Below, piece after piece: positions 10,501 to 19,840 of a stretch of 64,000 nt of DNA. Source of the DNA: Candidatus Krumholzibacteriota bacterium (lineage in GTDB: Bacteria; Krumholzibacteriota; Krumholzibacteriia; JAJRXK01). Under the pieces are notes generated by a model. It was not told the DNA's origin and searched no databases. It saw only the letters and a program-made list of their open reading frames with translations. Location of the stretch: contig CAVSGG010000008.1 of the NCBI GenBank assembly GCA_963727455.1, positions 384,001-448,000 on the forward strand, written 5' to 3'. Position 1 is the first letter of the stretch; each line of letters begins with the position of its first letter. Both the position numbers and the translations under genes were made by a program.

Positions 10501-10818
10501 CTTCCCCCGTGGATCGACTTTCGTGCCAGCGATCGCGAAGCGTCCGATGCGTTCCGTGAAGCCGTGAAAGTCCTGTACGAAGCGCGTCTGCGCGGAAGTT
10601 TCTTCCCCCGACTAGTGGATCCAAGCGGACAAAAGGAACCAGACGCCTGCAAGTACTGCGAGGTCGCTTCGGCCTGTGTGCGTGGCGACAGCCAGAGCCG
10701 GCAGCGGGAGGTCGAAGTCTTCCTGAAGTTACGCGCCCGCCAGGCGAAGCACGAGAAGCTCACGGAGCAGGAAGAACTTCTCCTTTCCCTATGGGATCTT
10801 CCGGGAGCGAAGTCATGA
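7597..10818 (+). CDS. addB: AddB-like helicase/nuclease subunit (inactive helicase fold plus PD-(D/E)XK nuclease with Fe-S ligands)
   Basis: ARGLTF, EERFLF, RCP..YF, FRADL...LIDFKT, CKYCEVASAC. ATGA overlap with the downstream UvrD-type gene. Confidence 0.85.
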   Translation: MGRILTAAGAFAVEELLLAKVDEDQAAVAADPALLSKPLRILVPSRTLKDHLSARICERRGGAAGLLVQTHLQLALELFDGNPQSWGKTHDSLFAMLLRREAEEHPLLREILSELVQGTRAVVSSADDLCHAQISPELSDALLEALDELESSGSSLRARAVLESTFTAQSKFESLQLLTRDGLVAQVSSKLADRQFLTDCARGILIHGYADATGIVTGFLEELLHHPNSTAFLDRPADPAKRGEFDLGIEFSRPFGLRLGESLKLPQIGGDLARLSVFCATGARGEAREIARRLRTLLDEENPPATESVAIVARSLPRHFLDLTEALDDYGVPWRAPQATGSVDAAGRKLQALMQFLRLASAFPVERWLELREYDGDSLKLRLAAATLGAGRLRQLAGISDEEIAAHSPAFGLPIRDGLKEVKELSLRSLALDAVRALRNDARSLVERLRSWPKQQTLPEHATALRSLVESSLAWTYDSESAEALRRLEKLLSSYDMPLELQQTEFVGLLEERIEELTHTQEDGNGGGVQILDVTKARGLTFSRLFVIGLNRGAFPSSVKEDPLLPDRVRTRLRQVLPDLKGKRERGREERFLFAQLLSSAPEVTLSWWTSDDDGRPLPPSPFLQRLGLSLNDEPESSVASQEEFEKFRPRPLQEHLLQAGLRDDEKRFVALLAPALVESGCADILPPHPERWAEASRAVLKERDMWPGSASDLGPWMEGPGPSARLWPELQSGSAFVTKLEALARCPWAYFLERVLHIQPLPDPLASLPLLDRRRVGSVVHKTLERIVERVVGSPSRGGLQALCEQPAVEVPWPDSSLLARMSEDAALEVLREEGLALPGLARALATCAQPYLDVCRQELFSPSAPKVVASEVSGRVELVQADGHTLQLSFRADLAQRRQKELHLIDFKTSAPFLKTTTDASRRKHSLNALRSGTRLQGMSYALAGQQATEGDAWGSYLHLRPDAHGLPPWIDFRASDREASDAFREAVKVLYEARLRGSFFPRLVDPSGQKEPDACKYCEVASACVRGDSQSRQREVEVFLKLRARQAKHEKLTEQEELLLSLWDLPGAKS

Positions 10819-13800
10819 ACCAAGGCCCGGATGCCCTGAGCGAATCGGGCGCGGAGGCTTCCCGTGCCGCCGATGCTCGCGCGCGACGCGAGGCGCAGAG
10901 TGTTTTCGAGCTTCCCTTCGTCCTGGAAGCCGGAGCCGGCACGGGAAAAACCACGGCACTGATCGCGCGGATCATCTCCTGGATCATGGGACCGGGCTGG
11001 GAGAAGCACCGCGCGCGCCTCGCCAAAGAGAGTTCAGCCCCTTCCGAAGATGAAGATCTGGCCGCATCAGTATTGGACGGTGTGGTGGCCATCACCTTCA
11101 CCGAGGCCGCGGCCGCCGAAATGGAGACACGGACGGGACAGGTCCTCGCCATTCTGGCCCGCGGGGAAACCCAGGACTTTCTCGCGCCGGACGAGTCCTG
11201 CGCGCAAGGCGAATCGAGAGCGAGGCGCGCGGAATGCTTGCTCACCAACCTGGACCATCTCCAGGTGCATACGATTCATGCCTGGTGCTCACGCATCCTG
11301 GCGCGCTTCCCCCTGGAGGCCGGGCTGCACCCCGATTTCCAGGTCGATGCCGACGGGACCTTCCGACGCGAAGCCGCGCAGGAGATCGTGGAGGAGTATC
11401 TCCACTCCGCCTACCTCCAGGACCTGAACCCTGCCTTGAGCGCGTTGGCGCGGGACGGAAAGGGACCCAATGACCTGGCGAGCGCCCTCACGGCGCTGGT
11501 CGAACTCGACGTGCGCTCCGAGGAGTTGCAGTCCCCTCCCTTCGCGCAGCGAGAACTGCAGATCTTCAACGCAAAGGTGCTCGAGATTTTGGGCCAGCTT
11601 CCCAAGGACCTGGTTCTCGCCCTCGGGAAGATCCCACGCAACAAGAACTCGGGCTGCTTCAGCCGCTGGATGACCGCGACCACCGCTGCCCTCAACACCG
11701 AACCGCCGCAATCCCGCGCGGAATTGGAGCGCTTTTTGGACAAGGCGCTGGACGAAGATCTGAAAGGGACCAAGACCAAACTCTCCCAGTGGAAGTCGGG
11801 CACATTCAACAAAGGAGAAATGGAACGAGTGGGTGATTCGGAGCGTTCCCTACTCAGGAAAGCGGCTCCATCCCTGCTCGAGCTCGTCGCTGGATTGGAA
11901 AAACTGCGTCCGCAGCTTCTAGAGGCGGCCCTTGAGACCTTGGCTCCCCTTTTGGGCGCGGTGGAAAAGCGTCTGCACGCACAGGGCGTGCTCAGCTACG
12001 AAGATCTGCTCAGCCGGACGAGAGATCTCCTGCGCGCCAGCCCACAAGTGGGTGCGCTTCTTAGAAGGGAGATCGATCAGATTCTCGTAGACGAATTCCA
12101 AGACACGAATGATTTGCAGTGCGAGATCATTCACCGCCTCGCTCTGCGCGGTGATGCGGCGGAGCGGCCGGGACTCTTCCTGGTGGGGGATCCCAAACAG
12201 AGTGTCTATGGCTGGCGGGGGGCCGACCTCTCGGCCTACGACCGCTTCGTGTCGCAGCTGGAAGAGCTGGGCATCCCTCGCCGTAGGCTGAGCGTGAATT
12301 TCCGCTCAGTGCCGCAGATCCTGGACGAGGTCAACCGCACTATCGCCCCCATCATGCAAGCCGAAAAGGAGCTGCAGCCGCCCTACCAGTACCTCTTGCC
12401 TTCCCCCTCGAACGAGGGAAGGACGGGCTACCGCAGCGTCGAACGGCGGCCCATCGAGCACTGGGTGTCCAGCTTGCCCCGGAATCTGCAGGAGGAGTCG
12501 CTGGGAAGCGGAGAGATGAGCGCGTTGGAGGCCAGAGCTTTGGCTTCCGACCTGAGCGCTCTCGCGCGGGAAGTCGGCCCCTCCTTCTGCTGGTCGAGCG
12601 TCGGCCTGCTGTTTCGCTCCGGGGGAGACCTGGAACTCTATCTGGCGGAGTTGCGTCGCGCGCGCATCCCCTACTCGGTGGAACGGGATCGGCATTACTT
12701 TCGTCGCCGCGAAATCCTCGACGCCACCGCTCTCGTGGCCGCAGTGGTGGAACCGGCCGACCATCTCTCTCTACTGACCTTCCTGCGCTCTGGCTGGGTC
12801 GGGGTTCCCGATGCCGCTCTCTTGGGCTTGTGGAGGCGGAACTTCCCACACGAGATGAGCTGCCTGAAATCGCCAGACGAGACGGCCATCGAGAAACTCA
12901 CGCAGATCATTAATGAAACGGCTGGCGAGCTCGCCCCCACCAGCTCTGCCGTCGCGCGCATCGGAGCTTGGGAAGAATGTCTGTGCCTTGCGGTACGGCA
13001 ACTCGCGAGTCTGCGTGAGTCGTTGCGCGTCGATCGGCCGGAAATATTCCTCAAGAATCTGCGCCGCTGGACGCAGGCGGAAGCGCGTGACGGTGCCCGC
13101 TACCTCGGTCTGTACCGCGTGGCGAATCTGGAACGTTTCTTCCGGCAACTGAGGGATGCCCTCTGCAGTGGCCGCGACGATGCGCGGAGCTACTTGGTCA
13201 AGCTGCGCCGTCAGATGCAGGAGGAAGCGCAAACCCAGGAAGCCAAGTTACAAGTGGGCGCGAGTGACGCCGTGCGGGTAATGAGCATTCACAAAGCGAA
13301 GGGGCTCGACTTCGAGCATGTCTACTTGCTTCAGTGTCACAAGAACCCGCGCCCGAGCCATGCGATTTGGAAGGGAACCAGAGTTCCTCAGCCGCGCCAT
13401 CACTCCGAGCTGCTGCTCATGGACTATCCCAATTTGAGCTACGCGCTCTTTGCCAACGCCTCCGAGCGGGTCGGCAGCTTCGAAAGGATCCGCTTGCTCT
13501 ACGTGGCACTCACTCGAGCCAAGCAACGTCTGGTGGTCGCGGGTGGCCGCGACGCTTCGCTCGACCCACCCTACGAGAATGCCCGGAATTTCGCCGAGCT
13601 GCTCTCGCCGCGCGCTCGCGCGGCGGGCTTTTTGGAACAAGTCGAGAACGCTCTCTCTGAGGAATCGAGTTCCTTCGTGGAGGAGATCGAAGGAGGCGAG
13701 GTGCTGTGGCGGCTCCTCCCGAACGCGGACCTGCCTCAGCAAGCTACCCCAGAGACGGAGGCCGCACCGCGAGCTTTGACTCTCGAGCAGATCCTGCGCG

Positions 13801-14489
13801 ACGGCGAACGCCTGGCGCAGTTGCGCCAAGGCGCGAAGGAGCGTCGCGCGCGACCCTACCACCGCGCCGCTTCCTCCTTGGAGCTGGACAGCGGACCGGC
13901 GCAGCCCGCGGAGGAGGCCCCGCTCGCCGCGCCTTCGCCCGAGGCTGGCGACGCGCGCGCGGCTGCGAAAGCGGCGGGAAGCGCGATTCACGCCGCGCTG
14001 CAGCACTACGCCTTTTCCCTGTCCGAGGAGGACGCCTTCGAGGATATGCGCTCCACTGCCGAGGCCACGCTGCCCCGGCTGGTGGCGCCCGAACAGCTGG
14101 ACGAGGCACGCGCGCTCTGTGCTTCCATCCTGGATTGTCTGCACGGTTCCGAGCTCCTACACCGTCTGCGCGGGCTGGAGAAACTCGTGCTCGGACGTGA
14201 GGTTCCGATCTTGACTTCAGCCCCACTCGACCACACCCCTGCTCCTCTGGGCTTTTGCCCTGGATTCGTCGACCTACTGTACCGAGATCCCACCACGGGC
14301 GAAGTCGTCGTGGCAGACTACAAGACCGACCGCTTGCAGGGGCCGCTGCAACTGAAGCAGCGCGCTCGCCACTACGAGCAGCAGGGTCGGATCTACTGCC
14401 GCGCTCTGAAAGAGACCCTGGGGCCCGAGCAAGGAGTGCGTTTCGAGCTCTGGTTTCTGCGCTACGATCAGATCGAGAGGATCAGCTGA
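10815..14489 (+). CDS. addA: AddA-like UvrD helicase/RecB-family nuclease
   Basis: AGAGTGKT, ITFTEAAA, TIHAWC, VDEFQDT, VGDPKQS, NFRS, SIHKAKGLDF, LYVALTRA, GFVDL...ADYKT. Confidence 0.92.
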   Translation: MNQGPDALSESGAEASRAADARARREAQSVFELPFVLEAGAGTGKTTALIARIISWIMGPGWEKHRARLAKESSAPSEDEDLAASVLDGVVAITFTEAAAAEMETRTGQVLAILARGETQDFLAPDESCAQGESRARRAECLLTNLDHLQVHTIHAWCSRILARFPLEAGLHPDFQVDADGTFRREAAQEIVEEYLHSAYLQDLNPALSALARDGKGPNDLASALTALVELDVRSEELQSPPFAQRELQIFNAKVLEILGQLPKDLVLALGKIPRNKNSGCFSRWMTATTAALNTEPPQSRAELERFLDKALDEDLKGTKTKLSQWKSGTFNKGEMERVGDSERSLLRKAAPSLLELVAGLEKLRPQLLEAALETLAPLLGAVEKRLHAQGVLSYEDLLSRTRDLLRASPQVGALLRREIDQILVDEFQDTNDLQCEIIHRLALRGDAAERPGLFLVGDPKQSVYGWRGADLSAYDRFVSQLEELGIPRRRLSVNFRSVPQILDEVNRTIAPIMQAEKELQPPYQYLLPSPSNEGRTGYRSVERRPIEHWVSSLPRNLQEESLGSGEMSALEARALASDLSALAREVGPSFCWSSVGLLFRSGGDLELYLAELRRARIPYSVERDRHYFRRREILDATALVAAVVEPADHLSLLTFLRSGWVGVPDAALLGLWRRNFPHEMSCLKSPDETAIEKLTQIINETAGELAPTSSAVARIGAWEECLCLAVRQLASLRESLRVDRPEIFLKNLRRWTQAEARDGARYLGLYRVANLERFFRQLRDALCSGRDDARSYLVKLRRQMQEEAQTQEAKLQVGASDAVRVMSIHKAKGLDFEHVYLLQCHKNPRPSHAIWKGTRVPQPRHHSELLLMDYPNLSYALFANASERVGSFERIRLLYVALTRAKQRLVVAGGRDASLDPPYENARNFAELLSPRARAAGFLEQVENALSEESSSFVEEIEGGEVLWRLLPNADLPQQATPETEAAPRALTLEQILRDGERLAQLRQGAKERRARPYHRAASSLELDSGPAQPAEEAPLAAPSPEAGDARAAAKAAGSAIHAALQHYAFSLSEEDAFEDMRSTAEATLPRLVAPEQLDEARALCASILDCLHGSELLHRLRGLEKLVLGREVPILTSAPLDHTPAPLGFCPGFVDLLYRDPTTGEVVVADYKTDRLQGPLQLKQRARHYEQQGRIYCRALKETLGPEQGVRFELWFLRYDQIERIS

Positions 14490-14692
14490 CCGATCGCGCG
14501 TTTGGTGGGACCCTGCACGGCGCAAAGGTGCCGCTTTGGGTTGAAATTCCCTTGCGTGCCCTATCTGAGCGCCGATCATTGGACCAGATGGGGCTTTGAC
14601 TGCGGTTGAAGCTTCCTCCCTGCTGTGGCAGAATCCTACGATTCCTGCCGCTCCAGACCGGACGATCTCTCCTTTACGTCAGAGGTATCATC

Positions 14693-17056
14693 GTGGCCAC
14701 CACCCACTCGCAATCATCGGTAGAAGAGCTCGTGGCAGCACAGAGCGCGAACTATGCCCACTGGGAGCTCATCAAGGACTGCATCGATCAGCTCATCGAC
14801 ATGATGCTCAACTACCGTCAGAGCGGGCATCCGGGCGGAAGTCGTTCGAAAGTGCACGCCTTGGTGGCGACGACCCTGGGTGGGGCCATGCGCTGGGACA
14901 TCCGCCGACCCGAGCATCCCTTCGCCGACCGCTTCATCCTAGTGGCCGGGCACTGCGCTCCTCTGGTCTATGCCACGCTGCCGATCTACCACGAGGCCCT
15001 GCGGGAGATGTACAAACGCACTGGTGACGCGCGCTACGAAGTGAAGGATGCAGAGCAGCGCGCGCTGTACTGGGAGGACCTCATGGGCTTCCGGCACAAT
15101 CGCGGTCTGGCGGGCCACGCGGAATCCGAAGGCAAGACACTCTTCTTCAAGTTCAACACGGGTCCCAGCGGACACGGCACTCCTCCCGCCGCGGGCGAAG
15201 CGATGGCTCTGAAGAGGGCCGGACTCTCTGAGGTGAAAGTCTTCGCCCTGGAAGGCGAAGGGGGACACAGCGCGGGCGCAAACCACGAAACGAAGAACGC
15301 GGCATGGGGCCTGGGACTGTCGAATCTCTGCTATCTACTCGACTGGAATGACTACGGAATCGACTCCTTTGCCCACTCCAGCGTCGTGCACGGCACTCCC
15401 GCCGATTGGTTCTCATCCTACGGCTGGCGCATTCACGGGGCCGAGAAGGGAAGCGAGTGGGATCAGATCTCCCCCGCGATCTTGGAAATGGTGCACGAGG
15501 AGGACAAGGACGATCGCCCGGGTGTCACATGGTTCAAAACGCGCAAGGGACGCGGCTACGGAAAGTACGACAATGCCAGTCATGGCTCGCCGCACAAGAC
15601 GAACAGCAAGGAATACTGGCAGACCAAGCGCGTGTTCGCGGAGAAATACGGCGTACAGTTCGAGGGCTTCGGGGAGCCGGCTCCCGAGGATCCAGAGGCT
15701 TTCCGCGCGCAGGTCATCGCGAACTATCGAAAGGTCATCGATCTCTTCCATTCCAAGGAGGAGACGATGAAGTACCTCGCCGACCGGCTGGTCGAGCTGG
15801 GCGAGAGCGTGCCCGAGGAGATCCCCAGCTTCAAGCTGGGGCGCAAAGGCAACCCGCTGCACGACCCCAAGCTTTTCGATTTCGCCAACTACCCGGCCGA
15901 AATGTGGAAGAAGCCCGGTGAGCAGGCGCCCAATCGGGCGGGCCTGGCTTCCTTCGGGGCCTGGATCAACTCCTACTGCAAGCAGCACTACGATCAGCCT
16001 CTGGTTCTGGCGATGAGCGCGGATCTCGCGGACAGCACCAACATCAGCGGATTCTGCAAGGACTTCGGCGAGATGAAGAACTTCGGCCGCTACCAGCGAG
16101 AAGAGAACCCCGACGGCTGCCTGCTCCCGATGGAGATCACGGAATTCAGCAATGCGGGAATCAGCGCCGGCATCAGCGCGGTGAACATGGCGAAGAAACC
16201 CAGCGAGGAGTTCCTGGGCTTCTTCAGCGCCTGTTCGACCTACGGTTCCTTCTCGTACCTGAAGTACGGTCCACTGCGGCTGTTCAGTCAGATGTCACAG
16301 GATTGCGAACTCAAACTGGGGAAGGTCATCTGGGTAGCCGGACACAGCGGACCGGAAACCGCCGACGACAGCCGTACACACTTCGGGATCTTCGGCCCGG
16401 GCGTGACCCAGCTCTTCCCGGACGGACACGTTTGTGACCTCCACCCCTTCGAATACAACGAAGTGCCGGTGATGCTTGCGGCGGCGCTGAAGGGGCCCTG
16501 GCCCATCGTCGCGCTGCATCTCACGCGGCCTCCCATCGAGATTCCCGACCGGAAGAAGTTGGGCATGGGACACCATTTCGAGGCGGCCAAGGGAGCATAC
16601 ATCCTTCGCGACTATAGAAAGGACCAGCCGAAGGCCGGATGTGTTTTTGTGCAGGGAACCATGTCCACCGCCAACACCATCTCCATCCTTCCCGAGCTGG
16701 ACAAACGCGGCCTCAACGTGAAGATCGTATCGGCGGTGAGCCCGCAGCTCTTCGCGGCACAGACGCGCGAGTATCAGGACCGCATCATCAGCCAGGCCGA
16801 TAAGTGGGATTCGACCTTCATCACCAATCGTTCACGGCGTCTCTTCTACGACTGGATCTACAACCCGCTGGCCGCCGAGTACGCATTGAGCAGCGATCAC
16901 GACAATCGCTGGCGGACCGGAGGTACTCTGGACGAGGTGATCGCAGAGGCGCGGCTGGATCCGGAGAGCATCGTGGCTGGGATCGAGCGATTCGTGAAGG
17001 ACCGCGACAAGCGTATGGCGCGCCTCAGCGAGGGCGTGAATCAGGCCAAGGCCTGA
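14693..17056 (+). CDS. Transketolase-family ThDP enzyme (divergent, single chain)
   Basis: SGHPGGS, DRFILVAGH, NTGPSGHG, ThDP motif GEG-X28-N, KGRG...HG, SADLADS, KGAYIL. GTG start at 14693 after AGAGG. Confidence 0.85.
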   Translation: MATTHSQSSVEELVAAQSANYAHWELIKDCIDQLIDMMLNYRQSGHPGGSRSKVHALVATTLGGAMRWDIRRPEHPFADRFILVAGHCAPLVYATLPIYHEALREMYKRTGDARYEVKDAEQRALYWEDLMGFRHNRGLAGHAESEGKTLFFKFNTGPSGHGTPPAAGEAMALKRAGLSEVKVFALEGEGGHSAGANHETKNAAWGLGLSNLCYLLDWNDYGIDSFAHSSVVHGTPADWFSSYGWRIHGAEKGSEWDQISPAILEMVHEEDKDDRPGVTWFKTRKGRGYGKYDNASHGSPHKTNSKEYWQTKRVFAEKYGVQFEGFGEPAPEDPEAFRAQVIANYRKVIDLFHSKEETMKYLADRLVELGESVPEEIPSFKLGRKGNPLHDPKLFDFANYPAEMWKKPGEQAPNRAGLASFGAWINSYCKQHYDQPLVLAMSADLADSTNISGFCKDFGEMKNFGRYQREENPDGCLLPMEITEFSNAGISAGISAVNMAKKPSEEFLGFFSACSTYGSFSYLKYGPLRLFSQMSQDCELKLGKVIWVAGHSGPETADDSRTHFGIFGPGVTQLFPDGHVCDLHPFEYNEVPVMLAAALKGPWPIVALHLTRPPIEIPDRKKLGMGHHFEAAKGAYILRDYRKDQPKAGCVFVQGTMSTANTISILPELDKRGLNVKIVSAVSPQLFAAQTREYQDRIISQADKWDSTFITNRSRRLFYDWIYNPLAAEYALSSDHDNRWRTGGTLDEVIAEARLDPESIVAGIERFVKDRDKRMARLSEGVNQAKA

Positions 17057-17081
17057 GACGGTCGGGGCATACTGCCCTCCG

Positions 17082-18461
17082 TCAGCGCCAGGCGGATAGT
17101 CCGCGTTCCTCCGCCGTGCCGGGGATGGTGTTGTCCAGGATCAGCGCGCTCACCGCGCCGACTGCCATCCCCGTCTGACCCAGTGTGTTGACGATGTTCG
17201 CCAGCCACTCCGGAGCGAAGTGCGCCGGGGTCTGGGTGAAATATTCCGGCACCGACAGTCCCATAAAAAACGCGAAGCCGAGAATGAAGAGGTTGCGCGC
17301 TGAGTTCAGGTCGACGAATTGCAGGTTCGAGAGACCAACCGCCGCGATCATCCCGAACATGGCGCAGTACATTCCCCCCACGATGGGCTGGGGGATCGTG
17401 GTGAACAGCGCGCCGAATTTCCCGAAGGCGCCAAACAGGAGCATGATCACCGCACCCACCTGGACCACTCTGCGACTGCCCACTCTGGTGAGACCGATCG
17501 CGCCGATGTTTTCGCTATAGGAAGTGGTTCCATTTCCCGTGCCCATGATCCCCGCGACCAGACAGCCCACGCCTTCCATTCCGATGCCACGGTTGATTTC
17601 GCGCGCTCGGGGCACCGGAGCGCCGGCAAGGCGGGCACAGGCATAGTAGTCGCCCACCGATTCCACCATCGATGCGAGATAGCCCGCCAACATCCCGACG
17701 ATCCCGGCCGCGCTGAACACCGGCCACCCCCACTGCATGGGATAGGGCACGCGAATCCAGGGCGCGGCGGCCACGTTGGCGAGAGAAACGTGCGCGGGAT
17801 GTCCAATTCCGAACACGCCGAGGGCGGTGAGGAGAGCGGACATTCCCCAGGCCAGCAGGATTCCCAGCATGATGGGAAAGAGCTCGAAGGCGCGGTGCGT
17901 GCGTCGCATGTACTGGCTGAAGATGATGATGAGGGCGATGGTCAGACCACCGATGCCCCAGTTCTCCCCCGCGATGGGAGCGCCGAAACGAAAGAGGGAA
18001 AGGCCAATGAGCGCGATGGTTGGAGCGATGGTAATGGGACCCACGAAGCGCAAGAGGCGACCCATGAGCCCGGAGTATCCCACTGCGATTTCCACCAAGG
18101 ATCCCGCGATCACCGCTCCCTGCACGTGTTGCAGGCGCACTTGCCAGCCCGCGTTGGCCAGAGCGGCCATTCCACAGATCGCGATGGCGGGAGAGAGGAA
18201 GGAAAAGGTTCCTCCCTGGACCAGGGGCAGCCGGTTGCCCCAGGTGGTCTGCAAGAAGGTGGTGATCCCGCTGACGAAGAACATGGTGGAGATGAGCCAG
18301 CCCAGCTGCACCGGCTTGTCGCTGAGTCCCAGAGGCTCGCTCAAGAGTAGTGGGATGGCTACCGTCGAACCGAACATCGTCAAGTAGTGCTGGAAACCGA
18401 GCGGAATGGTCTCTCGCAAGGGCGGAATGTCGTCGATGGCGTAGATGAGTTTGTGTTTCAT
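17082..18461 (-). CDS. NCS2/SLC23 nucleobase permease (probably uracil/thymine)
   Basis: GFQHYLTM, GNRLPLVQG, ESVGDY, NAT signature ENIGAIGLTRVGSRRV. Last gene of the pyrimidine operon. Confidence 0.93.
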   Translation of the reverse strand: MKHKLIYAIDDIPPLRETIPLGFQHYLTMFGSTVAIPLLLSEPLGLSDKPVQLGWLISTMFFVSGITTFLQTTWGNRLPLVQGGTFSFLSPAIAICGMAALANAGWQVRLQHVQGAVIAGSLVEIAVGYSGLMGRLLRFVGPITIAPTIALIGLSLFRFGAPIAGENWGIGGLTIALIIIFSQYMRRTHRAFELFPIMLGILLAWGMSALLTALGVFGIGHPAHVSLANVAAAPWIRVPYPMQWGWPVFSAAGIVGMLAGYLASMVESVGDYYACARLAGAPVPRAREINRGIGMEGVGCLVAGIMGTGNGTTSYSENIGAIGLTRVGSRRVVQVGAVIMLLFGAFGKFGALFTTIPQPIVGGMYCAMFGMIAAVGLSNLQFVDLNSARNLFILGFAFFMGLSVPEYFTQTPAHFAPEWLANIVNTLGQTGMAVGAVSALILDNTIPGTAEERGLSAWR

Positions 18462-19840
18462 CGAAGCTCATCCAGGCCGCCGGGCACGAAATCGCGTCCC
18501 TCGCGAACCCGCGTGTCCCAGGTATCCACCTCCGGGGCCCGGCGTTGCTCGACCATGCTGATACAGCCCTCTACCGGACAGACGAGCCAGCAGAGATTGC
18601 AGCCCACGCACTCCGTCTCGTCGACCCACGGCACGCGAAAGGGCTCGAGGGTCGTGTCACCGGCATCGATCTTCTGCTGCCGCTGTGCGGCGATGCGTTT
18701 CGCCTCTTCCGCCATAGGCGCGCGATGGCCCTCGATGGGATCCTGACCCGGCAGGTGAATGCACTGATGGGCGCCATCCCAGCAGGAGACGTGGCAGCGC
18801 AGGCACCCGATGCAGCTCTCGGTATCGATCTTCGCGACGACGTGATAATTGAGATCGAGCTCGCCCCATTCCTTGAAGTGCGGAACCGCCAGACCCACGA
18901 GTTCGTCGACCGAGCGCATGCCCTTTTCGTCGAGAAATTCGCTGAGACCCTCGATCATGTCCTCGACGATACGGTAGCCGTAGTGCATGACCGCGGTGCA
19001 GACCTGCACGCTCTTGGCTCCCAAGGCCAGAAATTCGGCAGCGTCTCGCCAGTTGCCGATGCCACCGATGCCCGAGATGGGCAGACCGAAGTCCCGCGCC
19101 CGAGCCAGTTCAGCGACCATGCGCAGGGCGATCGGTTTCACGGCGGGACCGCAGTAGCCTCCATGCGAGGAGGAGCCGGCCACGCTGGGTAAGGGAGACA
19201 GCGAGTCGAGATCCACCCCCACGATGCTCTTGATAGTGTTGATTAAGGAAACCGCGGTCGCGCCGCCCTCCTTGGCCGCCATGCCGGGCTCCAGAATTTC
19301 CGAGACGTTCGGAGTGAGTTTGACGATCACCGGAAGTCTGGTGTCCTCCTTGACCCAGGAAACCAGTCGCTTCAGGACCTTGGGTTCCTGCCCCACCGCC
19401 GATCCCATTCCACGTTCGCACATCCCGTGAGGGCATCCGAAGTTCAGTTCCACGCCGTCGCAACCCGTATCCTCACAGCGTTTCAGGATGTCGCGCCACT
19501 CCTCGCGCGTATCGAACATCAAGGAGACGATGACGGCATGCTCGGGATAGCGACGCTTCACCTCCGCGATCTCTTTCAGATTTACCGCGAGAGAGCGATC
19601 GGTGATGAGCTCGATGTTGTTGAGGCCCATCATCCTGCGATCGGCCAGATCGACCGAGCCGAGTCGGCTGGAGACGTTCACGATGGGTTGACCCAGAGTT
19701 TTCCAGACTGCTCCGCCCCAACCGGCATCAAACGCGCGCATGACCTGCTCACCGGAATTGGTAGGAGGAGCCGAGGCGAGCCAGAAGGGATTGGGGCTCT
19801 TGATCCCGGCAAAGTCGATGGAAAGATCCGCCATGCTCAA
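18458..19840 (-). CDS. preA: Dihydropyrimidine dehydrogenase subunit PreA
   Basis: NPFWLASAPPT, GLNNIELI, ELNFGCPHGMCERGMG, KLTPN, two C-terminal 4Fe-4S motifs. Confidence 0.96.
   Translation of the reverse strand: MSMADLSIDFAGIKSPNPFWLASAPPTNSGEQVMRAFDAGWGGAVWKTLGQPIVNVSSRLGSVDLADRRMMGLNNIELITDRSLAVNLKEIAEVKRRYPEHAVIVSLMFDTREEWRDILKRCEDTGCDGVELNFGCPHGMCERGMGSAVGQEPKVLKRLVSWVKEDTRLPVIVKLTPNVSEILEPGMAAKEGGATAVSLINTIKSIVGVDLDSLSPLPSVAGSSSHGGYCGPAVKPIALRMVAELARARDFGLPISGIGGIGNWRDAAEFLALGAKSVQVCTAVMHYGYRIVEDMIEGLSEFLDEKGMRSVDELVGLAVPHFKEWGELDLNYHVVAKIDTESCIGCLRCHVSCWDGAHQCIHLPGQDPIEGHRAPMAEEAKRIAAQRQQKIDAGDTTLEPFRVPWVDETECVGCNLCWLVCPVEGCISMVEQRRAPEVDTWDTRVREGRDFVPGGLDELR

Noticed and set aside
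7597-14489. Helicase-nuclease pair as an anti-phage defence or Cas system
   Set aside because: Architecture and gene order match housekeeping AddAB; no repeats or cas genes are present.
14490-14692. TPP riboswitch upstream of the transketolase
   Set aside because: Two hairpins are present, but the CTGAGA and ACCTG core motifs are absent.
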